Below the pieces are notes generated by a model. That model was not told the DNA's origin and did no database searches. It saw only the letters and a list, made by a program, of their open reading frames with translations. A program made the translations under genes and the position numbers. This document shows, in pieces, positions 54,788 through 63,211 of a stretch of DNA of 64,000 nt. Position 1 is the first letter of the stretch; every line of letters starts with the position of its first letter. This stretch comes from Terriglobia bacterium (lineage in GTDB: Bacteria; Acidobacteriota; Terriglobia; Terriglobales; Acidobacteriaceae): NCBI GenBank assembly GCA_963765285.1, contig CAVXVR010000004.1, positions 84,253 to 148,252 of the forward strand, read 5' to 3'.

Positions 54788-55030
54788 ATGGCTGAACCAA
54801 CTTATGAGGAACTGAAAGCCCGTCTGTCGGAGCTGGAAAAACAGCAGGGAACGCGCCGCACCGGAAGCCTGGAATTCCGCGTCGGGGAAAAAGGCGGAGT
54901 CAGCGTCTACGGCCTGGGCCGTTTTCCGGTCACGCTTTATTACGAGCAGTGGATCCGCCTGCTCGACTCCGGCGACAAGCTGCGCGAATTTCTCGAAGAG
55001 AACAAGTCCAAGCTGAAACTCAAAGGCTAA
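54788..55030 (+). CDS. hypothetical small protein
   Basis: An 80-aa coiled-coil N-terminus followed by EFRVGEKGGVSVYGLGRFPVTLYYEQWIRLL. Followed by a strong hairpin. Confidence 0.5.
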   Translation: MAEPTYEELKARLSELEKQQGTRRTGSLEFRVGEKGGVSVYGLGRFPVTLYYEQWIRLLDSGDKLREFLEENKSKLKLKG

Positions 55031-55040
55031 AAACAGAAAG

Positions 55041-55067
55041 GCCGGAGCGGCCCGCCGCCGCTCCGGC
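55041..55067. terminator. bidirectional GC-rich hairpin between convergent genes
   Basis: GCCGGAGCGG-cccgccg-CCGCTCCGGC is a 10-bp perfect stem, nested within AAAGGCC...GGCCTTT. Confidence 0.55.
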
Positions 55068-55089
55068 CCGGGGCCGGTAGGCCTTTACC

Positions 55090-55413
55090 TCAGGCCGCCA
55101 GGGCCTCAACAAACCTCTCGCACAGGGTGGTCTCAACCACATAGTGCTTGAACGTAACCGGCGTGGTCAGATAGGGCCGCAGGATCGCTTCCACCTTGGG
55201 ATATACATCTCTCTCGTACTTCTCGGCGTCCCATTTCTCCATCCACAGCGTGACCGTGATCACCTTCTCGGTCTTGTTCTCCGGGAAGAAGGGGAGGATC
55301 TCCAGAAATCCCTTCTGGTCTTTCAACAGCGGCAGAACCTCCAGACGGATCTTCTTTACGAACTCTTCCTTCTTTTCCATCTTTGGGATGAACTCAATAA
55401 TGCGAGCAAACAT
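55090..55413 (-). CDS. hypothetical protein, ABM/Dabb-like ferredoxin fold
   Basis: MFARIIEFIPKMEKKEEFVKKIRLEVLPLLKDQKGFLE...VTLWMEKWDAEKY. Start trimmed to ATG 55413. Confidence 0.45.
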   Translation of the reverse strand: MFARIIEFIPKMEKKEEFVKKIRLEVLPLLKDQKGFLEILPFFPENKTEKVITVTLWMEKWDAEKYERDVYPKVEAILRPYLTTPVTFKHYVVETTLCERFVEALAA

Positions 55414-55681
55414 GGGAGAATCTCCTTTTTCCTTTGGAATTGGGAGACCCGAAGCTTCCTCATTCAAACCCGGGGGGAGTTTTCGAGTCAGCGCTGGGCC
55501 GTAGCATACTTTTTGGAAAGACCTGAGTCAGTGACGCCAAACACTCCTGTCGGTGACTGGACGCACTCCAAGTCGAGAGGCCTATACAATTCGTCTGTTG
55601 CTCTTCCCTGGAGACGTGAAACCGGGAAAATGAGAACCGAGAACTGACAACTGATTCGAATTTCGTCGCGCCGGAACCACC

Positions 55682-56455
55682 ATGTCCTCTGACGACATCC
55701 TGACTCTTCCGCCTCCGCCCGCGGATGCTCGTATTCCCTACGGCACCGATCCCAACCAGTTTGGTGATTTGCGCCTGCCTAAGGCCCCAGGGTCCTTTCC
55801 CGTCGTCATGAACATCCACGGCGGCTACTGGCGTTCCAAGTACGATCTTGCCCACGCCGGCCATCTCTGCGCCGCTCTCACCGCCAAGAACCTCGCCACC
55901 TGGAACGTGGAATTCCGGCGCGTCGGCAACCCTGGAGGAGGCTGGCCGGGAACCTTTGAAGACATCGTCAGCGCCTACCGTTTTCTCCCTCAGATCGCTA
56001 AACGCTACAACCTCGACACAACCAGGATTGTCGTGATGGGCCATTCCGCGGGAGGCCAGCTCGCTCTTTGCCTGACAGCTCATGAGCCCGCGGTCAAACG
56101 CGCCGTCTCGCTGGCCGGCGTGCTCGACCTTCAGCAGGCCTTCGAGCTTCACTTGAGCAACGACGCCGTGGTGGAATTTCTGGGAGGAAAACCCAAGGAT
56201 GTTCCTGAACACTACCATGAGGCCGACCCCACGCGGCTCAAGATTCCGCAAGCCACGCAATGGCTCATCCACGGTGCCGCCGACGGCACGGTTCCCGCAT
56301 TCTTCAGCCGTAATTATGCGGAACAAAAGAAAGTTTCAGGAGAGGATGTTCACTATCTGGAGATTTCAACCGCCGGACACTTCGAGCTGATCGACCCACG
56401 TTCCTCAGCCTGGCCGAAGGTCGAAGATACCGTCCGGCACCTGGCGGGATCCTAG
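55682..56455 (+). CDS. alpha/beta hydrolase (esterase / arylformamidase-like)
   Basis: Oxyanion HGGYW, nucleophile elbow GHSAGG, late Asp/His (HGAADGTV...GHFE). Confidence 0.8.
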   Translation: MSSDDILTLPPPPADARIPYGTDPNQFGDLRLPKAPGSFPVVMNIHGGYWRSKYDLAHAGHLCAALTAKNLATWNVEFRRVGNPGGGWPGTFEDIVSAYRFLPQIAKRYNLDTTRIVVMGHSAGGQLALCLTAHEPAVKRAVSLAGVLDLQQAFELHLSNDAVVEFLGGKPKDVPEHYHEADPTRLKIPQATQWLIHGAADGTVPAFFSRNYAEQKKVSGEDVHYLEISTAGHFELIDPRSSAWPKVEDTVRHLAGS

Positions 56456-56485
56456 TGGAAATTAGAAGAAATTTTAAAGCTCTTC

Positions 56486-56558
56486 TCAGTGTCCTCTGTG
56501 TCCTCCGTGGTCAAGATCGGTTTAACCTCAGTGTCCTCCGTGCCCTCCGTGGTTAAGA
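56486..56558. repeat. GTGTCCTCCGTG-unit repeat locus 3
   Basis: CTCAGTGTCCTCTGTGTCCTCCGTGGTCAAGATCGGTTTAACCTCAGTGTCCTCCGTGCCCTCCGTGGTTAAGAG, between convergent genes. Confidence 0.85.
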
Positions 56559-56569
56559 GTGGTGAAAAC

Positions 56570-57820
56570 CTAAGCCACCTTCCTGACCACCAGCGCCGAA
56601 TTCTTCGATCCAAATGCGATGCAGTTACACACCGCGTGCTCAATCGCCCTCTTCCTTCCGCTCTCCGGCACGTAGTCCAGATCGCACTCCGGATCAGGTG
56701 TCTCCAAATTGATAGTCGGCGGAATCTGGCCGCTGTGCATCGCCACAATCGTCGCCGCCACGCCGGCCGCCCCGCAAGCGCCCTGGGGATGGCCGATCTG
56801 CGATTTCAACGCCGACATCGGTACCTGACCCGCGCGTTCTCCCAGGACCAGCTTCAAAGCGCGCGTCTCGATCCGGTCGTTTAACTGCGTCGAAGTGCCG
56901 TGCAAATTGACGTAATCCACATCGGCCGCTGCGATGCCTGCATCCGCCATCGCCATGCCGATGGCGCGCGCCGGCTCTTCGCCGCATTCCTGCAGGCGCA
57001 CGCGATGAAACGCCTCGCATGTGGAACCGTAGCCGCAAATCTCCGCCAGCATTTTCGCCCCGCGGGCACGCGCATGTTCGTATTCTTCCAGTACAAACAT
57101 CCACGCTCCCTCTGCCACCACGAAGCCATCCCGATTTACAGAAAAAGGCCGTGATCCCCGCTGCGGCGCATCGTTCCACGAATCGGTGAGAATCTTCATC
57201 AGAATGAAGCCCTTCACGATGCCTAACGCGATCGGCGCATCCGCCCCGCCACTTAACGCCATATCCAGGCGTCCGGCCCGAATTTGCCGCACTGAGTATC
57301 CCAAAGCATCGGTTGAGGAGGTGCAACCCGTGGTCACCATGTGGCTCGCGCCCAGCAATCCGAACCGCACGCTCAGGTCGCTCGAGAGCGTCCCCATTAC
57401 TCCGGTAGGCACGCAGAACAGGCTCATCTTCTTGTATTCCTGATGAAAGAAGAGACGATACTGTTCCTCGGTAAACTCCTGCGATCCGCCTCCCGAACCC
57501 ATGATCACGCCGAAGCGCCGCTTGTCCTCCAGGCTCAAAGAGTTCTGATCCAGCCCGGCTTCACGCAATGCCTCGCTTCCGGCCGCCAGCGCAAGAGGGA
57601 GCACACGCGACACATGCTTGCGCTCGCGCTTTTCCACCCACGCGAGTTCGTCAAAGTCCGGAACTTCGCCGGCGATCTGCACTGGGATTTCCGACGGGTC
57701 AAATCTTGAAATCCGCCGCACGCCGCTCCGGCCCGCAAGAATTGCCTCTGAAAACGCGGCGTTCCCCACGCCATTGGGGCTTACCGCGCCCATGCCTGTA
57801 ATAACTACTCGTCGTCTCAA
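56570..57820 (-). CDS. fabF: beta-ketoacyl-ACP synthase II family
   Basis: VVITGMGAVSPNG, active-site Cys in TTGCTSSTD, and HGTSTQLND / GHPQGACG giving the Cys-His-His triad. Confidence 0.85.
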   Translation of the reverse strand: MRRRVVITGMGAVSPNGVGNAAFSEAILAGRSGVRRISRFDPSEIPVQIAGEVPDFDELAWVEKRERKHVSRVLPLALAAGSEALREAGLDQNSLSLEDKRRFGVIMGSGGGSQEFTEEQYRLFFHQEYKKMSLFCVPTGVMGTLSSDLSVRFGLLGASHMVTTGCTSSTDALGYSVRQIRAGRLDMALSGGADAPIALGIVKGFILMKILTDSWNDAPQRGSRPFSVNRDGFVVAEGAWMFVLEEYEHARARGAKMLAEICGYGSTCEAFHRVRLQECGEEPARAIGMAMADAGIAAADVDYVNLHGTSTQLNDRIETRALKLVLGERAGQVPMSALKSQIGHPQGACGAAGVAATIVAMHSGQIPPTINLETPDPECDLDYVPESGRKRAIEHAVCNCIAFGSKNSALVVRKVA

Positions 57821-58015
57821 ATTTGGCTCCCCGCCCGCCCTTTGGTCAAACCAGCGAGCGCCTAAGGATTCAACCAGCTTACCCCCGAAGCACGGTAGAC
57901 GTACGACCGCCGTGTCAGGAGACTGTCATTCCTAACACTTCTGAGGTTCAACGGCAAGCTGATCGTTGCAATGGTTCCTGAATGTGGAAGCCCGGTTAGT
58001 CGGCATCCTGTCTGG

Positions 58016-58068
58016 TCATCCCGAAGGTCCGCGTTTTCTCCAGCGGGCCGAGGGATCTCGCGTGCACG
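58016..58068 (+). repeat. GTCATCC-head hairpin repeat copy
   Basis: GTCATCCCGAAGGTCCGCGTTTTCTCCAGCGGGCCGAGGGATCTCGCGTGCACG. Confidence 0.85.
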
Positions 58069-58172
58069 AAGAAGCAACTTACGCAACATAGTCGATCTTG
58101 TAACGCCACCTAACCATAGTAACTTTCCCTTATTTTTTCCCGATCTAGAATCTCTAAAGCACGCAGGCCAGC

Positions 58173-60230
58173 ATGGAAGACAAGAAAGTTATAGCCGACA
58201 ACGACATATCCGCCCTGAGCACCCCAGTTCCGATTCGGGAAATCGAGGGCCGCGAGTGGTGGTTGTGGGCCTTTGCCGTTGCCGTAACCCTGGTTCTGTT
58301 GTTGGGCATGGTCTCTTTGACCATTCCCGGTCTGCACCTGCGCCCGGGCAGCACCGACTGGCTCGACCTTAAAGAGTGGATACGCGGCCTGGCAGCCCTG
58401 GTGCTGATGTTCGATGTTTACACTCTCTACCAGCACTTCCAGATTCAGCGCATCCGCCGCCAGCTCACCGAACGCGACCAGCTTTTCCAATTGATCACTG
58501 AGAATGCCGCCGACATGATCGCGGTGGTAGACGCCAAGGGCAAGCGCCTCTACAACAGCCCTGCCTATCAATGGGTGCTGGGTTATTCGGCGGAGGAATT
58601 GAAGTCCACATCGCCGATTGACCAGATTCATCCCGAGGACCGCCAACGCGTGATTCAAGCCGCGGAAAAAGCCCGGCTCACCGGGCGAGGGGAGCGGCTG
58701 GAATACCGTATCCGCCACAAAGACGGTTCCTGGCGAATTCTCGAATCCACGGCCAGCGCCATTCGCGGTCCCAAGGGCGACACCGCCGGCCTGGTCATCG
58801 TGAACCGCGATATCACCGAGCGCAAGCTCGCCGAGCAGTTGCTGAACCACGCCTCCTTCCACGATGGCCTGACCAACCTGCCCAACCGCGCTCTCTTTCT
58901 TGATCGCTTGGGGCACGCTTTAACGCTGGCGCAGCGGCACCCAAATTACCAGTTTGCTGTGCTCTTCATTGACGTCGATCAGTTCAAGGTGATCAACGAC
59001 AGCCTGGGTCATTCGCAGGGCGACGAGCTGCTGATCCAAGTCGGTCAGCGACTGACCGCGTCTCTTCGCGGCATGGATACCGTGTCCCGCCCGCAAGACG
59101 CCGACCGCCCACGTTCCATCGTAGCCGACAACACGCTTGCCCGCCTGGGTGGAGATGAATTTACGGTGCTCTTGGACGACATTCGCGATCCCAGCGACGG
59201 CATACGAGTCGCACAGCGAATTCAGGAAAAGCTGGCCGCCCCGTTCCTCATCAGCGGTCAGGAAGTCGTTGTGACCGCCAGCGTCGGAATTGCCTTGAGC
59301 AATGCTGTTTCGAAAGCCGAAGAATTGCTCCGCGATGCCGAAATCGCTATGTACCGGGCCAAGCAGGCCGGAAAAGCTCGCTGTGAGCTTTTCGATCCCA
59401 CTATGCATTCGGCCGCGGTCAAACGTCTAAGACTCGAGACCGATCTTCGCAAAGCCCTCGAACTCGACGAATTTAGCGTCTTCTATCAGCCCATCGTCTC
59501 GCTTCAGACTGGCAAGATCTGCGGCTTCGAGGCCTTGACCCGCTGGCAACGTCCCTCGGGCGTGGTGATGCCCAACGACTTTATTCCGGTCGCCGATGAA
59601 ACCGGCCTGATTCTCCCCATGAATCGCTTGCTGATGCAGCAAGCCTCGCGCCAAGTAGTGTTGTGGCAGTCGCAGTTTCCCGCTGATCCGCCACTTGCCA
59701 TGAGCGTAAACATCACCTCCAAACAGTTTGCCCAGCCTGAGTTGGTCGCCGAGATTGCTCTCATCCTCGAAGAAGCCGGCCTCGCGCCCCAGAATTTTCA
59801 AGTCGAGATCACTGAAACCATAGCCATGGGCGACGAAAAAAGAGCCGAGGAAATGCTGGCCGAGTTTAAAGCGCTCGGCGTCCGCGTGAGCATCGACGAT
59901 TTCGGCACCGGTTATTCGTCTCTGAGCCGCCTGCAGCGCTTCTCTGTCGACTCCCTGAAGATCGACCGGGCATTCATTTGTAATATGGACACCGAGCCCG
60001 AAAGTCGCGAAATGGTGCGGCTCATCATCATGCTGGCCCACAATCTCGGACTGAAAGTCGTCGCCGAAGGCGCGGAAACCGAGGAGCATGTAAAACAACT
60101 GCAACAGCTCGGCTGCGAAATGGCACAAGGCTACTTCTTCTCACGCCCGGCCGACCCGCACGCCATGTCGACGCTGTTGAGCTACTTCCGCCGCGGGACT
60201 CCAGCCCTTCAGCCCGCACAGCAGAGCTAG
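58173..60230 (+). CDS. membrane-anchored PAS-GGDEF-EAL c-di-GMP signalling protein
   Basis: Two N-terminal TM segments, PAS ([23 protein letters not shown]), [30 protein letters not shown]. Confidence 0.9.
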   Translation: MEDKKVIADNDISALSTPVPIREIEGREWWLWAFAVAVTLVLLLGMVSLTIPGLHLRPGSTDWLDLKEWIRGLAALVLMFDVYTLYQHFQIQRIRRQLTERDQLFQLITENAADMIAVVDAKGKRLYNSPAYQWVLGYSAEELKSTSPIDQIHPEDRQRVIQAAEKARLTGRGERLEYRIRHKDGSWRILESTASAIRGPKGDTAGLVIVNRDITERKLAEQLLNHASFHDGLTNLPNRALFLDRLGHALTLAQRHPNYQFAVLFIDVDQFKVINDSLGHSQGDELLIQVGQRLTASLRGMDTVSRPQDADRPRSIVADNTLARLGGDEFTVLLDDIRDPSDGIRVAQRIQEKLAAPFLISGQEVVVTASVGIALSNAVSKAEELLRDAEIAMYRAKQAGKARCELFDPTMHSAAVKRLRLETDLRKALELDEFSVFYQPIVSLQTGKICGFEALTRWQRPSGVVMPNDFIPVADETGLILPMNRLLMQQASRQVVLWQSQFPADPPLAMSVNITSKQFAQPELVAEIALILEEAGLAPQNFQVEITETIAMGDEKRAEEMLAEFKALGVRVSIDDFGTGYSSLSRLQRFSVDSLKIDRAFICNMDTEPESREMVRLIIMLAHNLGLKVVAEGAETEEHVKQLQQLGCEMAQGYFFSRPADPHAMSTLLSYFRRGTPALQPAQQS

Positions 60231-60730
60231 TAACCCGTACAAAATTGAAAGTGCATGGGGTCGCAAGCGCTTCCTACCCACTCGCCGCCCCACTCAAACC
60301 CGGCGGAACGAAAAATTTCAACTAACCCCGCATCCATATTGCCGGTTGAACCCTGGGCGTTGTCGTCAGTATTCAGATCAATCGCGATGCCCCAGGCATG
60401 GGTCGACAGCTTCGTGCTCCGTCTCTGTGGACGAAAGGAAAAGCACCCGCCAAAGCTTTCGATTTTCGCCTGCAGCCCTCGTTTTTCGATTTCGCCGAAG
60501 ACCATTGCAAAGACCGGTGCGATCCGCTTGTGGCAAGTCATCTGAGTCACGCTGGTGGATTTGTCCCACGAGAGTCGCAGAGGGAACGGAAGAGTAAGCC
60601 GCCCAAGAAATTCGCTGTACCAACGCGCATCAAGACTGCCATCGGCGTGAATGTATTCGAAAATATCGCCAAAGTTAGTCAGGAGATCCTCCAGTCCGTG
60701 CGGTGCCGCAAGATCCTGCACGTTCTCCAT
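60227..60730 (-). CDS. M15-family zinc D,D- or L,D-peptidase (VanY/endolysin-like)
   Basis: [12 protein letters not shown] (H..D zinc ligands), [15 protein letters not shown]. Start trimmed to ATG 60730; GGAGGA lies 8 nt upstream inside the repeat. Confidence 0.75.
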   Translation of the reverse strand: MENVQDLAAPHGLEDLLTNFGDIFEYIHADGSLDARWYSEFLGRLTLPFPLRLSWDKSTSVTQMTCHKRIAPVFAMVFGEIEKRGLQAKIESFGGCFSFRPQRRSTKLSTHAWGIAIDLNTDDNAQGSTGNMDAGLVEIFRSAGFEWGGEWVGSACDPMHFQFCTGY

Positions 60731-60731
60731 G

Positions 60732-60803
60732 CTCTGTGTCCTCCGAGTCCTCTGTGGTGAAATAAAGTGCAGTCCTCTGTGTTCTCCGTGCCCTCCGTGG
60801 TAA
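60732..60803. repeat. GTGTCCTCCGTG-unit repeat locus 4
   Basis: CTCTGTGTCCTCCGAGTCCTCTGTGGTGAAATAAAGTGCAGTCCTCTGTGTTCTCCGTGCCCTCCGTGGTAAAAA. Confidence 0.85.
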
Positions 60804-60838
60804 AAATGAACTGCAGTTTTCACCGAACGAGGGAATCT

Positions 60839-62477
60839 GTGGCCTACGAAGACTTGCGTGAGTGGATTGCCGCGCTAGATCGTGCTGGCGAGCTAAGGCG
60901 TATCCGCACTGAAGTTGACCCAATCCTTGAAGTGGCCGAAATAACTGATCGTGTGAGCAAAGGCAATGCAGACGCGGGTTCCCCACCCTTGTCGGGTTCT
61001 TTGCGGAAGGGTGGGGGTGTTGCCCTCCTCTTCGAAAATCTCAAAGGCCATCCCGGCCAGCAGTTGCTGATCAATCAGTTCGGCTCAGCGCGCCGCATGA
61101 ACCTTGCGCTGCAAGTTGATTCGCTCGACGAAGTGGCCGATCGTATCCGCGTCTTCATGGACGTCAAATCGCCGCAGGGCTTTCTCGATAAAGTCAAAAT
61201 GCTGCCCATGCTCGCGGAGTTAGGCAAATTCTTTCCGAAAACCGTCCCCACCGGGCCCTGCAAAGAAGTCATTCGCAAAGACAATTTCTCGCTTGACTGG
61301 TTTCCCATCCTGCAGTGCTGGCCGAAGGATGCCGGCCGCTTCATCACGCTGCCGTGCGTGGTCACTCGCGATCCAAAAACCGGCAAGCGCAACGTGGGGA
61401 TGTACAGACTCCAGGTGTTTGACGAGCGCACCACGGGAATGCACTGGCAGCGGCAAAAAGTTGGCGCCGAGCACTACCGCGAAGCGCTGCGTCGCGCGGC
61501 ACAAAACGCACCCGAGGGTGGCCCATCCAAGCCCGGTTTTGGCTTGGGTGGGGATTTTTCCAGATCATCCGTCGACATCATGGCCCGCACCTCCGGCGGC
61601 TCAATGCTTGCCGAGGAGTCAGCCCGGCGGCAGGATGGAAGTGGCGGTCGCTATCGGCACCGACCCTGCGCTCACCTTTTCCGCCATCGTGCCTGCGCCG
61701 CCGGACATCGAGGAATATCTGATCGCCGGATTCCTCCGCCAGAAGCCGGTTGAGCTGGTGAAATGCGAGACGGTCGATCTCGAAGTTCCCGCCAACGCAG
61801 AAATCATTCTCGAAGGCCATGTTCATCTCGACGAACTTCGCACCGAAGGCCCCTTCGGCGATCACACCGGTTTTTACTCGCTCGAAGATCTGTATCCGGT
61901 TTTTCACGTGAGCTGCATCACGCACCGCAAGAATCCCATCTACGCGACCACCATCGTCGGCAAGCCTCCGCAGGAAGACGCCTGGATGGGCAAAGCTGTC
62001 GAGCGCATTTTTCTGCCACTGATGAAGCTGACCATCCCCGAGCTGGTCGATATCAACCTGCCCATCGAAGGCGTGTTTCACAACCTGATGATCGTCTCGA
62101 TCCGGAAATCGTATCCCGGCCAGGCACGCAAAGTGATGAACGCCATCTGGTCGCTTGGCCAGGCCATGTTCACCAAATGCGTCATCGTCGTGGACGAAGA
62201 CGTCGATGTGCAGGACCTCGGCGACGTGACGCTGAAAGTTCTCAACAACATCGATCCCGAGCGCGACATCCAATTCACGCTCGGCCCGATCGACTCGCTC
62301 GATCATGCATCGCGGCTTCCGAATTTCGGCTCGAAGATGGGCATCGACGCCACCCGCAAATGGGCCAGCGAAGGATTCACGCGTCCATGGCCCGATGAAA
62401 TCGTCATGGACGCCAAGACCAAGGCGCTGGTCGACAGCAAGTGGAAGGCGCTGTCGAAGGAGTTAGGGATCGAGTGA
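60839..62477 (+). pseudogene. UbiD-family decarboxylase (menaquinone/futalosine-type), interrupted by a ~120-nt insertion and a frameshift near 61600-61630
   Basis: The N-part sits in the frame of ORF 60767-61753 (YEDLREWIAALDRAGELRRI...ITLPCVVTRDPKTGKRNVGMYRLQVFDERTTGMHWQ). The C-part sits in the frame of ORF 61293-62477 (GGRMEVAVAIGTDPALTFSAIVPAPPDIEEYLIAGFLR...GPFGDHTGFY...). Between them is Gly/Ser-rich non-family sequence. Confidence 0.75.
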
Positions 62478-62482
62478 AGCTG

Positions 62483-62524
62483 TCAGCTTTCAGCCATCAG
62501 CTTTCAGCCATCAGCTTTCAGCCA
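62483..62524. repeat. three perfect tandem copies of a 14-nt unit (TCAGCTTTCAGCCA)
   Basis: Units at 62483-62496, 62497-62510 and 62511-62524. Each unit is two related heptamers (TCAGCTT / TCAGCCA). Confidence 0.9.
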
Positions 62525-62596
62525 AACTCTGGCTGCGGGGATTGTTTGACGTTGCCTTCGGGACCGTTTGGCTTTTAAACTAAGTGCAGCTGCTTT

Positions 62597-62785
62597 ATGT
62601 CCACCACGAAACAACAGGTCGAATCTCTGCTGCAGAAGTTGCCCGAGAACTGTTCGCTTGAGGACATCCAGTACCACCTCTACGTCCTCGACAAAGTGCG
62701 CCATGGGTTGGAGGACGCCCGCCAACAGGGGGCGCTCTCGCAGGACGACGTGGAAAAACGTTTGAGCCAATGGCTCACCGAGTAG
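62597..62785 (+). CDS. small antitoxin-like protein partnered with the ParE/RelE-type gene
   Basis: LLQKLPENCSLEDIQYHLYVLDKVRHGLEDARQQGALSQDDVEKRLSQWL is a pattern I recall from antitoxins encoded upstream of ParE/RelE toxins. 16-nt overlap with the next ORF. Confidence 0.55.
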   Translation: MSTTKQQVESLLQKLPENCSLEDIQYHLYVLDKVRHGLEDARQQGALSQDDVEKRLSQWLTE

Positions 62786-63060
62786 TCTGGTCGCCGCGCA
62801 TTCTCGCGGATGTGGAAGCGATCGCCTCCTATATCGCGTCCGATTCAACCTTCTACGCGAACGCCGTAGTGCGACGAATTGCCGCTCTAACCCGGTCGCT
62901 CGCTGCCTTTCCGTTGTCAGGCCGGAAGGTGCCAGAGTTTGACGATGAAACTATCCGCGGATTCGATCAAATCTTAGAGTGCCCGTGTGGGGACGGGCCC
63001 TCGCGCGTCCAAGCCGAGCGCAGCTCGGCGGGTTCCTGCGGGTACCTTATGCCCCAATAG
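62770..63060 (+). pseudogene. parE: ParE/RelE-family toxin, C-terminal third replaced by repeat-like sequence
   Basis: VVWSPRILADVEAIASYIASDSTFYANAVVRRIAALTRSLAAFPLSGRKVPEFDDETIRG is ParE-like. The expected ...YR(I/V)IY...HG.R core is absent and replaced by FDQILECPCGDGPSRVQAERSSAG. Confidence 0.55.
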
Positions 63061-63211
63061 AAAAGGCGCAAGCCGAAAGGCCTGCGCCTGATTTCTTAAC
63101 CCTACACTTCAGAATAGCAAATTGGACTGGGAGAATGGGACATGGGGGCGAGGTTTATATTTCCGGCGGAATGATGAGGTTAGGGGATTTTGGGGGTGCT
63201 CGGGGGCTTGA

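Noticed and set aside
54550-55470. tRNA-Gly followed by small hypothetical genes, considered as a possible integration hotspot or genomic island
   Set aside because: There is no integrase, no direct repeat of the tRNA 3' end downstream that I could find, and the following genes look ordinary. The repeats 5' of the tRNA belong to the general intergenic family.
56486-56558. Considered whether the GTGTCCTCCGTG repeat loci could be mini-CRISPR arrays
   Set aside because: The units are only ~12 nt and are directly tandem within modules. There are only two modules per locus, the spacers are 10-25 nt and similar between loci, and there are no cas genes.
62504-62848. 114-aa minus-strand ORF opposite the antitoxin/ParE genes
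   Set aside because: It is antisense to two ORFs that show family-typical sequence. It begins in the parE remnant and ends in the 14-nt tandem array, and it has no motif of its own.
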